DNA from: a virus
Virus record (IMG/VR): IMGVR_UViG_3300025732_000035
Span: 1 to 64,000 of that record
DNA length: 64,000 nucleotides
Reading direction: 5' to 3' (one strand)
Shown here: piece by piece, positions 9,117 to 18,573 of the stretch
Layout of the letters: every line of letters begins with the position of its first letter
Numbering within the stretch: the stretch's first letter is position 1
Notes under the pieces: model-generated
Told to the model about the DNA's origin: nothing
Databases searched by the model: none
The model's input: only the letters and a program-made list of their open reading frames with translations
Translations under genes and position numbers: made by a program

Positions 9117-9881
9117 ATGCCAGCGTTCTCCCGTCACGAACCAAATCGGCTTCAACTGAACAAGAAACGCTATTACGTCTGCGACGATTTTCCCAATGTC
9201 CCCGTAGGGTATGTTTTGCCCTCTGTGACGACTATTGCGAGCGCGTGTTCGTCGCCTGGCAAGATTGCAGCTCTCATGAACTGGCGCAGGAAGGTGGGCG
9301 ATGAAGAAGCTAATCGTCGCACTCGTAATGCTGTGGATCGAGGCAATTGGCTTCACGGTGTTCTAGAAGACCTCTGGAATGGTGAAGACATTCAAGCCCA
9401 CCTCGACTCGCATAAAAACTACGTGCCTTATTTTGAAAGCATCATGGGCTTTCTTGAACGCGTAGATAGTCCACTGCTTGTTGAAAGCGCCATCGCTTGG
9501 TACGATCCAGCACAAGAAATTGGCTATTCAGGTACTTTTGATATGCTCGCCAAAATGAACAACGGTGCTTATGCGCTGCTTGATTGGAAGACGAGCTACA
9601 AGGAAAAGCCTGACACTCAGTTAGCCGACTATCGCATGCAGCTTGGCGCCTACGTGCAAGCTATTGAACAGATGTATGACATTGAAATCAATGAGGCACA
9701 TTGCGCCATTGCTATTTATGATCCTGACACTGGCAATGGCCAGGAGGCGCAAATTATCAGCCTCTCCGAAGCTGAGCTTGCTATGCAAGCAGGCATCATG
9801 GTGCAGAAAGTGCAGCAGTTCTTCTTTGAGCACTACCCAGGCGGGCGCCCCTTAACAATTTCTATGGACCGTGGAGCTTGA
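9117..9881 (+). CDS. PD-(D/E)XK exonuclease
   Basis: PSVTTI, RGNWLH, GYSGTFD, LLDWKTS, QLGAY motifs. Confidence 0.85.
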   Translation: MPAFSRHEPNRLQLNKKRYYVCDDFPNVPVGYVLPSVTTIASACSSPGKIAALMNWRRKVGDEEANRRTRNAVDRGNWLHGVLEDLWNGEDIQAHLDSHKNYVPYFESIMGFLERVDSPLLVESAIAWYDPAQEIGYSGTFDMLAKMNNGAYALLDWKTSYKEKPDTQLADYRMQLGAYVQAIEQMYDIEINEAHCAIAIYDPDTGNGQEAQIISLSEAELAMQAGIMVQKVQQFFFEHYPGGRPLTISMDRGA

Positions 9882-9952
9882 CTCCTCTGTTCATAGCGCT
9901 ATGCTTCTTATGCCCCTTCCAGGGCCTACTACACTCCGTTGAGGAACACTCA

Positions 9953-10222
9953 ATGCCCGCTGGCGACGCTCCTACTTTTTCTGGCACTCTCGATCTCACT
10001 CCTGACATCTTGAACGCGATGAAGAAGGCAGGCACCAACCCCCAAGGAAACTACTCCCTACGTTTTGCGCTTTGGGACAATGACAAGCGCGACAAGGATA
10101 CTGCCCCTCATTTCAAAGGGCAAGTGACCGTCAATAAGCTTGACAACTCTCCCAAGGCCTACGCTTCGATGTGGGACAACGGCAACAAGGCAAAGCAAAG
10201 CTTCTCTGACGATCCGTTTTGA
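9953..10222 (+). CDS. single-stranded DNA-binding protein-like
   Basis: small beta-rich protein ending DDPF (SSB-type acidic tail), after SSAP and exonuclease. Confidence 0.55.
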   Translation: MPAGDAPTFSGTLDLTPDILNAMKKAGTNPQGNYSLRFALWDNDKRDKDTAPHFKGQVTVNKLDNSPKAYASMWDNGNKAKQSFSDDPF

Positions 10223-10255
10223 TCGTTTCTTAAAGCTTTTCTTTTCTTGACAACG

Positions 10256-10281
10256 GGGCTCTTAAGAGCCCTTTTCTTTTT
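10256..10281 (+). terminator. rho-independent terminator
   Basis: GGGCTC-TTAA-GAGCCC-TTTTCTTTTT. Confidence 0.75.
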
Positions 10282-10289
10282 CCAGAACC

Positions 10290-10874
10290 ATGCTTCTTAA
10301 TGACAAGGAAATCAGCATTCTTGCTGAAAATGATCTTATTTTTCCTTTCGTCGCAGAGAAAACCAGGGAGCTTCCCAACGGCACCAAAGCCCTCTCATAC
10401 GGCTTGAGCCATGCTGGATATGATTTGAGCCTTTCCCCAAAGGGCTTTATGGTCATCAATAACAATGCTCCCATTGAAGCGTTGGATGTGAAGGCCTTCA
10501 ACAAAGAGCTGATGTATGAGGCAACGCCTGTTGAGCAGAATGGCTCCATGTTCTTCGTCCTTCCGCCGTTTTCTTATGCTCTTGGCGTGAGTGTGGAACT
10601 CTTGACAATGCCGCCTAACATAATGGGGATCACAGACGGCAAGAGCACATATGCTCGACAAGGAACCATTCTTAACGTGTGCCCGATTGAGCCTGGCTGG
10701 AGTGGTCACCTTACTATCTCTATTGTCAATCCTTTGGCTTTCCCCGTGCGCGTGTACGCAAACGAGGGCATCGTCCAAGTTATGTTCTTGCGTCTTAATT
10801 CCGACTCAGCTCAAGACTATGGCGATGGAAAATATCAAAATCAAGGCGCTAACGTAGCGTTTGCTGCTGTCTAA
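10290..10874 (+). CDS. dcd: dCTP deaminase
   Basis: LSYGLSHAGYD, GKSTYARQG, PIEPGWSGHLT, YANEGIVQ, KYQNQ motifs. Confidence 0.92.
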   Translation: MLLNDKEISILAENDLIFPFVAEKTRELPNGTKALSYGLSHAGYDLSLSPKGFMVINNNAPIEALDVKAFNKELMYEATPVEQNGSMFFVLPPFSYALGVSVELLTMPPNIMGITDGKSTYARQGTILNVCPIEPGWSGHLTISIVNPLAFPVRVYANEGIVQVMFLRLNSDSAQDYGDGKYQNQGANVAFAAV

Positions 10875-10877
10875 TTA

Positions 10878-11240
10878 GTGAGCGCTCTTGAAGATCAGTT
10901 CTTAGAACTATGGCAAGCGCATTTCCCTGACCTTCCATTGACCAGGGAATTCAGCGACGTATCAACCTGGGAATCTGATTTTCAAGAGCGCTATGCAAAA
11001 AGCAAGCGTTCAAAACGTTACAGGGCAGACTTCGCTCATTTGTCTTCACATTCTCTTATTGAGATACAAGGTGGCACATTTAATCGTGGCCGTCACGTAA
11101 CTGGCTCAGGTTATGAGCGTGATGCTCGTAAATTCAATTTGGCAATGATGGGTGGATGGAAAGTGTTTCTTCTTACCAGCCAAACGGCCAAAGATTTTTT
11201 TTGGCTTGAGCGGATTGCTGCTTTTCTGCAAGCGTCTTAA
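10878..11240 (+). CDS. Vsr/DUF559-like PD-(D/E)XK endonuclease
   Basis: YRADFA..IEIQGG..GRH..GYERDARKFNLA..GWKV pattern. Confidence 0.7.
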   Translation: MSALEDQFLELWQAHFPDLPLTREFSDVSTWESDFQERYAKSKRSKRYRADFAHLSSHSLIEIQGGTFNRGRHVTGSGYERDARKFNLAMMGGWKVFLLTSQTAKDFFWLERIAAFLQAS

Positions 11241-11547
11241 TAGCCTCTCCGGCTTCGCCTAGCAACGCATCAGCGGCTTCAAGATCACACTGCTGCATTT
11301 GCATGGCTTGACGCAGTTCAAGATTCTCTTTTACTAGGGCAGTGACGGCTTCCTGCATGTTGCTCCAGCCTTCCATCATTGTGCAAGCCACTTCCCGTAG
11401 CTTCTCAATATCGCCGCATTCGCTTAGGGCTTTTTTATTGGCAACGAGAGCAAAGTCCCGTTCCATGCTGCGTTCAAAAGGCCCCATAACGCCAATACAA
11501 TCTTGACCATTGTATTTTAAGCCAATGGGAATAGAGAAGGTGTTCAT
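11173..11547 (-). CDS. hypothetical coiled-coil protein
   Basis: 124-aa helical ORF. Confidence 0.6.
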   Translation of the reverse strand: MNTFSIPIGLKYNGQDCIGVMGPFERSMERDFALVANKKALSECGDIEKLREVACTMMEGWSNMQEAVTALVKENLELRQAMQMQQCDLEAADALLGEAGEAIKTLAEKQQSAQAKKNLWPFGW

Positions 11548-11577
11548 TGCTCTTGCATTGTTTCGTTTAGCCTAGCC

Positions 11578-11904
11578 ATGCAGCGATTTGGCAAACGGTT
11601 TGTTTATCGGGTGGATGATGGGAAGGATGCCGTAAAATGCGGGACGGGCTACCGTCCGTACAAGCTCCCTCGCACTCCTCGCAACCATGAATGGCTTCCA
11701 GGACAAGACGTGGTGTACGTACAACGTACAGCAGCAGGGTGGATGCCCTCTTCCATTGTTGGCACCATTGAAGGTTTTGATGCGAGCGGACGTGCCAAGA
11801 AGGCACGAGTACGGTGGCATTCAGCTACGAACATTGCTCCTACAATCAGTTTGCAACGACTTCGACCCCTCTCGCTGATCAACCATGCTTACCAAAGCAA
11901 CTGA
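11578..11904 (+). CDS. hypothetical protein
   Basis: ORF heading the thyX operon. Confidence 0.55.
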   Translation: MQRFGKRFVYRVDDGKDAVKCGTGYRPYKLPRTPRNHEWLPGQDVVYVQRTAAGWMPSSIVGTIEGFDASGRAKKARVRWHSATNIAPTISLQRLRPLSLINHAYQSN

Positions 11905-12094
11905 CGACTTGCTTAAGGACTTGTCCAAAACTATTGCAGTGTTGCTCGTAGGGTTTGGCGCGCTGTGTTTGCAAGCATGGCTTGTAAGCATTTGTGCAGG
12001 CTTGTTGATTCCTAGTTTTTCTTTGACTTTCTGGAACTGGGTGCTGATTGTCGCCACTTTTCGTTTCCTTATCACGACTGACAAAGCTGAATGA
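11885..12094 (+). CDS. small membrane protein
   Basis: two hydrophobic segments; ATGA-coupled to thyX. Confidence 0.6.
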   Translation: MLTKATDDLLKDLSKTIAVLLVGFGALCLQAWLVSICAGLLIPSFSLTFWNWVLIVATFRFLITTDKAE

Positions 12095-12798
12095 TGACCA
12101 AAATTGATCCGCTAATGGATGGCATTAGCTTTGTGCGTCTCATTGATTGGATGGGAAGCTCTTTGGATATTGTTTGTGACGCCCGTCAAAGTTTTGATCA
12201 AACGAGTAGTGAATGGTCTGAAAAAGACCAAAAGCTGCTTAATTATTTAGTGCAACACAAGCACACCAGTCCATTTCGTGGTGTCATTACAAAATGGCAA
12301 GTGAAAGCTCCACTTTATGTTTGTCGGCAATGGTGGAAGCATGTAATTGGTGGAACATTTGCTAACGATACACTTGGCTGGAATGAAAAAAGCTTTCGCT
12401 ATTGCGAAGCCGATGATGAAGTGTCTTATATGCCGCGAGGTTTTCGTTATCAAAGCTCAAACAATAAACAAGCCTCCAGTGGCCCCCTGGAGCCTGCTAT
12501 GAATCAAGTGGCAATGATTGAATATGCCAAGGCATTAGAACAGGCTAAACAGGCTTACAGGGCTCTCCTGACGCTAGGAGTGAGCAAGGAGCAAGCGCGA
12601 GGAATCCTGCCTATGTCCACTTACACTTCTTTCACATGGACCTGCAGCTTGCAAGCTTTATTGCATTTTATTTCATTGCGAGATGAAGCTAGTAGTCAAT
12701 GGGAAATTCAGGCTTATGCTCAAGCCTTATCTTCCTTGGCCCGCCCATTGTTTAAAGAAGCTTTTGAAGCTTTTGATCTTCACCAAGCATCATTTTGA
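12091..12798 (+). CDS. thyX: flavin-dependent thymidylate synthase
   Basis: HTSPF, RQWWKH, WNEKSFRY, KEQARGILP, LHFISLR..QWEI motifs. Confidence 0.93.
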   Translation: MMTKIDPLMDGISFVRLIDWMGSSLDIVCDARQSFDQTSSEWSEKDQKLLNYLVQHKHTSPFRGVITKWQVKAPLYVCRQWWKHVIGGTFANDTLGWNEKSFRYCEADDEVSYMPRGFRYQSSNNKQASSGPLEPAMNQVAMIEYAKALEQAKQAYRALLTLGVSKEQARGILPMSTYTSFTWTCSLQALLHFISLRDEASSQWEIQAYAQALSSLARPLFKEAFEAFDLHQASF

Positions 12799-13148
12799 CC
12801 ATGCACGATCCTGTTAAAAATCCTCGCCACTATGCCAAAAACGGTGGCATTGAATGTATTGAGGCTATCGAAGCCTCAATGGACAAAGACGGCTTTAAGG
12901 GTTTCCTAAAGGGAAATATCATCAAATATGTTTGGCGCTATGAAGACAAGAATGGCTTGGAGGATTTGAAAAAAGCGAGCTGGTATCTTGACCTTCTCAT
13001 CTTTAATATGGAAAATGAGCCACAGCAAGAAGCAATTGAAGCTCTTGAAAACGCCTCTCAGCAATGCGAAGGAGGATTTTGTCCGATGCCAGGTGTCCGT
13101 TACGATCTTCCAGGAAAACAAGTGATGTTTGCTCCCGTCGAAAGCTAA
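12795..13148 (+). CDS. DUF3310 family protein
   Basis: DPVKNPRHY..IECIEAI..GNIIKYVWRY..KNGLEDLKKASWYL. Confidence 0.85.
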   Translation: MTMHDPVKNPRHYAKNGGIECIEAIEASMDKDGFKGFLKGNIIKYVWRYEDKNGLEDLKKASWYLDLLIFNMENEPQQEAIEALENASQQCEGGFCPMPGVRYDLPGKQVMFAPVES

Positions 13149-13627
13149 GCAGCACTACAACAAAGCCCCCATAAGGGGGCTTTTTCATGTTCAATTGATT
13201 GATGCATCGGCAGGACAATCCCTTTCTTCTCGCACCATGCTTCAAGCTCTTTTTGGTCGGTGTGAGCACTAACAAAACTATTGCAATATACCCACGCCAT
13301 TAAAATTTCTTCTTGCTTTTCAGTCCAAAATTGCTGAGGACGCCACCATTCAAAAAGGTTTTCATTGCCTTTGGAAAGGTTGCAAGCTCGACAAGAAGGT
13401 ACAAGATTAAATTTACTAAAATGAGGCCCTCCCTTGCTCTTTGGAATAATGTGGTCGATTGTAAGCTTTTCTTTCCATTCTCCGCAATATGCACAGGCGC
13501 ATTGGCCAAATGGTCCCCTTAAAAAATAGTCTTCAAAGATGCTTTTGCGAAATCTGCGTTTTGCATCACCAGGGCGAAGTTCAATGAGAGAGTAAAGCAG
13601 CTCATCAGGACCATTCGCTCTTAGCAT
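13145..13627 (-). CDS. HNH endonuclease
   Basis: CAYCG..TIDHIIPKSKGG..NLVPSCRACNLSKG; start placed at MLRANG. Confidence 0.85.
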   Translation of the reverse strand: MLRANGPDELLYSLIELRPGDAKRRFRKSIFEDYFLRGPFGQCACAYCGEWKEKLTIDHIIPKSKGGPHFSKFNLVPSCRACNLSKGNENLFEWWRPQQFWTEKQEEILMAWVYCNSFVSAHTDQKELEAWCEKKGIVLPMHQSIEHEKAPLWGLCCSAA

Positions 13628-13703
13628 GGCACTATTAAATTGTCTTGCCCATAGTTTAACGCTAAATAATGCCTCGTGAATTTTTATAGAATAAGCGTAT
13701 TGA

Positions 13704-13922
13704 TTGATGGCTATGGACAGTTTCAAGGAGGGCCTTGCAAATTTTGTAGCCACCATCACGGCTGGCATGTTGCTGTCAACAGGCGCCATGCTTATTGCAG
13801 TGGGCACTCAGCAAGCAAGAGTGGCAGTGCAAATTGAAAGCATCACCGAAAAGCTAAGCGTGCTCACAGACAAGATGAGTGACATTGAAACAAGAGTGCG
13901 CAGTTTAGAAATTAAGCGCTAG
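13704..13922 (+). CDS. membrane/coiled-coil lysis-module protein (holin- or spanin-like)
   Basis: N-terminal TM helix plus coiled coil, upstream of endolysin. Confidence 0.5.
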   Translation: MMAMDSFKEGLANFVATITAGMLLSTGAMLIAVGTQQARVAVQIESITEKLSVLTDKMSDIETRVRSLEIKR

Positions 13923-13952
13923 CGTATTTATATCTTCCTTGCATTGTTCATC

Positions 13953-14096
13953 ATGAGCGGCGCAGAATGGTTTGTTATTGGTGGTATCATTATTGCCGCC
14001 GCTGACCAAATTCTGGATCATTCCCCCTGGAAAAGCAACAACGTTCTTCAGCTTCTTATTGAAGGCCTGAAAACTATTTTCCGCGTGAAGGGCTGA
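13953..14096 (+). CDS. putative holin (47 aa, MSGAEWFVIGGIIIAAADQIL...)
   Basis: read by hand; TM helix plus SPWKSNNVLQL, directly before endolysin. Confidence 0.55.
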   Translation: MSGAEWFVIGGIIIAAADQILDHSPWKSNNVLQLLIEGLKTIFRVKG

Positions 14097-14100
14097 GGCC

Positions 14101-15045
14101 ATGTGGCCGTCAAATCGAGCATTCTGGGATGAATGCTTCCAAATTGCTCGTAAATATGGCGCTCGATATCCAGAACTGGTAGCTGCACAGTGCTGCTTAG
14201 AAAGTGGCTTTGGAAAGCACACTTCTGGAAAGCATAATTATTTAGGCTTAAAAGGAAGTGGCACTACTACAACCACGCAAGAATGGTATGACGGTCAATG
14301 GGTGACCATTAAAGCAGGATTCATTGATTTTCCCAGTCTTGCTGCTTGCATTGAATATCTAATCACGCGATGGTACAAAGATTATCGTCAATTTAAAGGC
14401 ATTAATAATGCCCCTAATCGTTATGCAGCAGCGCGAATGCTCAAGGAGCAGTCGTATGCCACTGATCCCGATTACCCTATAAAACTATCTAAACTCATGA
14501 AGGAATATGCTCCTGAGAGCACTACTTTTACTATGATTGGTCCAAAGAAACGCCCACAAGATTTTGGTTTTAAGAAAGGCGATTCACATTTAATCGTGAA
14601 CGATGCAATAGAAACCATGAAAGCTTTCTCGTTTGAAGGAAAGCTGTTATGGGAAATCCCTTGTCTTGCTCGTGGGCAATATAGTGATTTTGAATGGAAG
14701 ATTACTAATTCAGACACTCCCCCTGGCCTTTATAAAATTGGTGCCATTTACAAAGACTACGAGAAGGTGGGCGACAAGCCTGCTTATGACCGTACTCTCA
14801 TGGCTTACGGCTGGTACAGCTTCGATATGGTCGAACTAGAAAATCAAGAAACCGGCAATAGTAGAGCCGGAATTATGACGCACGGAGGTGGCTCTGCTAA
14901 TGGCTGGCCCGGCGCATGGGTTCCCAAGCAGCCCCTGGTCCCCACTCATGGTTGCGTGCGTTGTCATAATATTGACCTGCGCGACAAGATTCTTCCTCTC
15001 ACTAAAGCCGGCACAGTATTTATTTCAGTGTTTCAGGAGGGATGA
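14101..15045 (+). CDS. endolysin: GH73 glucosaminidase + YkuD-type L,D-transpeptidase domain
   Basis: AQCCLESGFG, NYLGLK, YATDPDY (GH73); TPPGLY..IMTHGG..THGCVR (YkuD). Confidence 0.85.
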   Translation: MWPSNRAFWDECFQIARKYGARYPELVAAQCCLESGFGKHTSGKHNYLGLKGSGTTTTTQEWYDGQWVTIKAGFIDFPSLAACIEYLITRWYKDYRQFKGINNAPNRYAAARMLKEQSYATDPDYPIKLSKLMKEYAPESTTFTMIGPKKRPQDFGFKKGDSHLIVNDAIETMKAFSFEGKLLWEIPCLARGQYSDFEWKITNSDTPPGLYKIGAIYKDYEKVGDKPAYDRTLMAYGWYSFDMVELENQETGNSRAGIMTHGGGSANGWPGAWVPKQPLVPTHGCVRCHNIDLRDKILPLTKAGTVFISVFQEG

Positions 15046-15446
15046 GTAGGCAATCCTGGTTTAATGCCTTGTGCTACGAACTAGGCTTATGGGCCGTCGA
15101 AAAGCGGCCCTCTCTTGCTTTGCAGCCATGGTTCAAAATGCTCATGGCTTATTGCAGGCCTGATTGGGCAGAGTGGAAAACAAAAATTGTTATGGAGAAA
15201 ATCGACCAACAAACAACTGCGTTGGTCAAGCAATGGGGAAAAGAAGAGCGTGAAACAAAAGCAAATGCTCTCGCTGAAAAGGCCCATGAGCTTTTCCCTG
15301 ATGCAAAAGTCACTCCTCTTCCTGATGCCATCGTTCCATCTGTGCTTATTGAAAAAGCCCCGCCAGCGGACGCTAGCGAGGCCGTCAAAGCTCTTGGCGG
15401 AGAACTAAGGATTACGTACCAGCTCCCAGGCCCAGAAGCACCCTGA
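15042..15446 (+). CDS. hypothetical protein in lysis operon
   Basis: ATGA-coupled to endolysin. Confidence 0.6.
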   Translation: MSRQSWFNALCYELGLWAVEKRPSLALQPWFKMLMAYCRPDWAEWKTKIVMEKIDQQTTALVKQWGKEERETKANALAEKAHELFPDAKVTPLPDAIVPSVLIEKAPPADASEAVKALGGELRITYQLPGPEAP

Positions 15447-15624
15447 GGCGCTTCCATTTGGCAAGCTCCTTCTCGTGATAGTCTTCCCATGTAGCAATGG
15501 TTTCACTCAGGGCCTTACAAGCCATTGCCGGATCATCATCTGTTAGCAGCTCAGCCAGAATGTCTGAAAGATGTTCGGTTTGCTGCTTGTACCACTCGCC
15601 TTCTGCAACAAATGGGAAAGCCAT
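15412..15624 (-). CDS. hypothetical protein
   Basis: 70-aa ATG ORF. Confidence 0.55.
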   Translation of the reverse strand: MAFPFVAEGEWYKQQTEHLSDILAELLTDDDPAMACKALSETIATWEDYHEKELAKWKRLRVLLGLGAGT

Positions 15625-15660
15625 GAGAAAAGGGCAGTATGATGCTGCCCAAGCATAGCT

Positions 15661-16473
15661 TCAATATGATCCGCCGTCGATGGTGGAATTGACGATGGTC
15701 ACGCCACTAAGCGTAACGTTTGAAATGGTGCCGCCAGTAATAGTCACACCGCTAGCTGCTTGAACAGCGATTGTGCCAAGCTCTAAAGCACTTCGTGCGC
15801 CTGATGCAGATGATGCTCCCGTGCCACCATAAGCCAGTCCAATAGCAGTACCCTGCCAAATGCCGGTGCCAATAGTGCCAACGCTTGTCAGGCTTGAAGA
15901 GACAACGCCAGCACCAAGAGTTGTACCCGTTAATACAGACGAACCATTGATATAGAAGGCTTTGCCACTTGCAAGATTAATATGCTCACTACTTGTCCAA
16001 GCATCCGTAGCATCCACCCAGGAAAACGTCTTGTCCGTTGTTCCTTTTAAAGTGATGCCACCACCATCAGCGCTAGCGTCAGAAGGCGATGCAGTAGAGC
16101 CAAGTTCTAAATTCTTATCATCAACGCTAATTGTCGTACTATTAACAGTGGTGGTAGTGCCATTAACGGTTAAATCCCCGCCAATTGTTACAGCGCCAGT
16201 TGTAGTAATTGTCGCAATAGTAGCGCCACTTAAATCAACTGTTCCAGTGAATGTTTTGTTGCCACTAATTGTTTGATTGCCAGTGAGATTTACAAAGGCT
16301 CCTTTGCCAGCGATTGCCTCAATGGTAGTAGCAGTGCTGTTTTGGCCGCCAGTTCCTTTTCCGTAATAAAGCGTATCATCAACTTCATTAAAGGCTAATT
16401 CTGCATTGGCTAAACTTGTCGGAGCACCAGCAGCGCCACTTGCACGACGCTTAATCCGTAAAGTATTAGACAT
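15661..16473 (-). CDS. tail fibre protein
   Basis: N-terminal LRIKRR..PTSLANAELAFNE; Gly/Thr/Ser-rich; ends IDGGSY. Confidence 0.75.
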   Translation of the reverse strand: MSNTLRIKRRASGAAGAPTSLANAELAFNEVDDTLYYGKGTGGQNSTATTIEAIAGKGAFVNLTGNQTISGNKTFTGTVDLSGATIATITTTGAVTIGGDLTVNGTTTTVNSTTISVDDKNLELGSTASPSDASADGGGITLKGTTDKTFSWVDATDAWTSSEHINLASGKAFYINGSSVLTGTTLGAGVVSSSLTSVGTIGTGIWQGTAIGLAYGGTGASSASGARSALELGTIAVQAASGVTITGGTISNVTLSGVTIVNSTIDGGSY

Positions 16474-16775
16474 CAGAAATTGCCTCCATCAGTGAGAAGA
16501 GTTTTAGTGATTGTTGCATCTGCTTTGAACTTAGCAGCGGCAGCATCGTAGTAAACTACACTTCCATCAATCTTAGCGGTTTCGTCTAAATTAATTCCTT
16601 TTTCCCCTTGAGGACCAATGGCCCCTTGAGGGCCTTCACCAAAAAATTCAAGCCTTGGCGATGGTGGAGGAGCTTGTATTTGTATTGTATTTGCTTCTTG
16701 ACTAACGACAACAGAAGCGTCTGCCGTTTCTGCAATTGAAACGATGGAAGAAGACTGTTGTACGACGACTGTCAT
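16473..16775 (-). CDS. tail fibre adaptor with short collagen-like stretch
   Basis: GPQGAIGPQGEKG; ends DGGNF. Confidence 0.6.
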   Translation of the reverse strand: MTVVVQQSSSIVSIAETADASVVVSQEANTIQIQAPPPSPRLEFFGEGPQGAIGPQGEKGINLDETAKIDGSVVYYDAAAAKFKADATITKTLLTDGGNF

Positions 16776-17110
16776 TTGAAGCTCAAGCCAAGATTAACAA
16801 AGGCATTTCCTTCAACTAAATAATATGCGCTATTGTTAGGCTCAGTTACTAGTACGTCATACTGTCCTTGCTGTGTAATGCCACTAGTCCCTGAGGCTTC
16901 TAAACGAATTTTGAATATACCACTAGCTTGATTGATATACGTTACTGCAAAATCAGCAAGCTTCGTATTGCCGAGACGGTCGTACAATTTAGACGCAACG
17001 GTGTAGCCGCTCATGTTGACCGGCACACCAGAGGCGTCTTTATATTGCAATTGAAGCTCAAAAGTTGCGCCTTGATAAATCGTAATATCGTGCTTACCTG
17101 GCGTAATCAT
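16772..17110 (-). CDS. virion structural protein (fibre-attachment-like)
   Basis: DITIYQGATF..PVNMSGY..YDV pattern typical of fibre-attachment domains. Confidence 0.6.
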   Translation of the reverse strand: MITPGKHDITIYQGATFELQLQYKDASGVPVNMSGYTVASKLYDRLGNTKLADFAVTYINQASGIFKIRLEASGTSGITQQGQYDVLVTEPNNSAYYLVEGNAFVNLGLSFK

Positions 17111-17145
17111 GATGAGCTTTTTCTTTCATTGTAATGCGCTTCTGG

Positions 17146-18372
17146 TTAAAGCGTTTCAATCCAGCCCAGCAAGCCAGTTGCTTTGGCATTGCCAGAGCTT
17201 GTCACCGTAAGAAACAGCTCATCGCTGACTCCGCTTCCATTGACACCCAAGGAAAGGCTAAGCCCATCTTGCACGTTAATCTCCACTGAACCAGCGCTGT
17301 AATAAAGGCCAGCATTAACAGTGGTGCCGCCAGAAACAATGCTACCGGCAGAAGTGGTTTCCACATTCCCCCTGCCATTGGCACTAGCGGCCCAAGTAAC
17401 ACCAGAAGTGGTTGGATTACGGCGAAGTTTCCATTCAATTGTAGTATTATCCTCCGTTACCAAATCAACTTTTACGGGAATAATCACATTGTCGGTGCGG
17501 CCACTTGCCATGCGAATACCAGCAACAATGCGCTCGCCAGTTGTATTAGGAATTACGCCTAGAGCAGGGGCAATTGTATACACTTCGCCGTAAAGTTCGT
17601 ATCCGCCTTCGCTTGCAACCGTAGAGCAGATTTGTTTCATTGTTGCACCACTGGCGCTTGTTGTATGCTTAGCGATGCGATAGGTTTGTGGCAATACTGC
17701 CGCTGTCATATAGACACTACTAATATTATTTGCATGAAGAAATTCATGGCAATAATAATATTCGCCATCAAGAATAAAGCCACAACGTGCTCGTCCTGCC
17801 CCTAGCCATTCAAGATCAGTAGTGAAGATATTGGCCTTAGAAAAATCAAGCCACGAAGCAGTGTCAATATTCCATTGATCCTGATTAACGACGTTTTCAG
17901 TGACAATGCCAGAATATTTTCCTCTGACAACAAACTGAAGAGTGGTGCCACTGGCACGAAGAATGATTCCATTATTGTCATCAAATAATCCCACTTCCTG
18001 AATAACACCACTTGCTGGTACTGACCCAGCAAAACTTTGAATGGAAAGCAAAGATTTCCCTGGCTGATAAGGAAATCTTCGGCGAGTGCGCCTCATTACG
18101 CTGTCACCAGATGCAGTGGTGACGGTCATATTGATAGAGCTTTGATTTGCATCATGAACAGACGATGCAGAGCCAGTAATTGTTTCATTCCACACATCAC
18201 TGCGCTTGTCGTAACGAAGCACGGAATCAAACAATGTATAGGGTTGGCTCACGCGCTTGCGTGCAAACGCATCCACTTCCCCGCTATCAATGCCACGGCG
18301 CATAATTTGTCCGCGATAATCAGCGGCAATCGCTGTTTCAAACTGCTCTCCACCCCTATTAACTTGTCCCAT
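17146..18372 (-). CDS. virion structural protein
   Basis: DAFARKRVSQPYTLFD, YQPGKS, WLGAG motifs of a common aquatic-phage structural family; start placed at MGQVN. Confidence 0.65.
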   Translation of the reverse strand: MGQVNRGGEQFETAIAADYRGQIMRRGIDSGEVDAFARKRVSQPYTLFDSVLRYDKRSDVWNETITGSASSVHDANQSSINMTVTTASGDSVMRRTRRRFPYQPGKSLLSIQSFAGSVPASGVIQEVGLFDDNNGIILRASGTTLQFVVRGKYSGIVTENVVNQDQWNIDTASWLDFSKANIFTTDLEWLGAGRARCGFILDGEYYYCHEFLHANNISSVYMTAAVLPQTYRIAKHTTSASGATMKQICSTVASEGGYELYGEVYTIAPALGVIPNTTGERIVAGIRMASGRTDNVIIPVKVDLVTEDNTTIEWKLRRNPTTSGVTWAASANGRGNVETTSAGSIVSGGTTVNAGLYYSAGSVEINVQDGLSLSLGVNGSGVSDELFLTVTSSGNAKATGLLGWIETL

Positions 18373-18402
18373 GATGTCTATGCTTTCTTCCCATTGTAAC
18401 GA

Positions 18403-18432
18403 CAAAAGAAAAGGGGCCTTTTGGCCCCTTTA
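18403..18432 (-). terminator. rho-independent terminator
   Basis: AAAGGGGCC-AAAA-GGCCCCTTTTCTTTT on minus strand. Confidence 0.8.
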
Positions 18433-18570
18433 TTATTTGCCTTGTCCTCGCGTAAGTTTACGTCCGTGACTAGCTTTACTATGTTTTCCTTGGCCTTGCC
18501 TTGTAAGTTTTGGCTTGCCAGTTTGATGCAGCTTTTGCCCGCTAATACCAATCTTTGATTTTGCGGCCAT
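18433..18570 (-). CDS. small basic protein (45 aa, MAAKSKIG...TRQGQGK...RGQGK)
   Basis: read by hand; K/R/G-rich with repeated GQGK; between gene and terminator. Confidence 0.65.
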   Translation of the reverse strand: MAAKSKIGISGQKLHQTGKPKLTRQGQGKHSKASHGRKLTRGQGK

Positions 18571-18573
18571 TTA

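Noticed and set aside
9117-9881. Cas4 / CRISPR-associated nuclease
   Set aside because: No four-Cys Fe-S pattern, no array or cas genes; context is SSAP-exonuclease recombination
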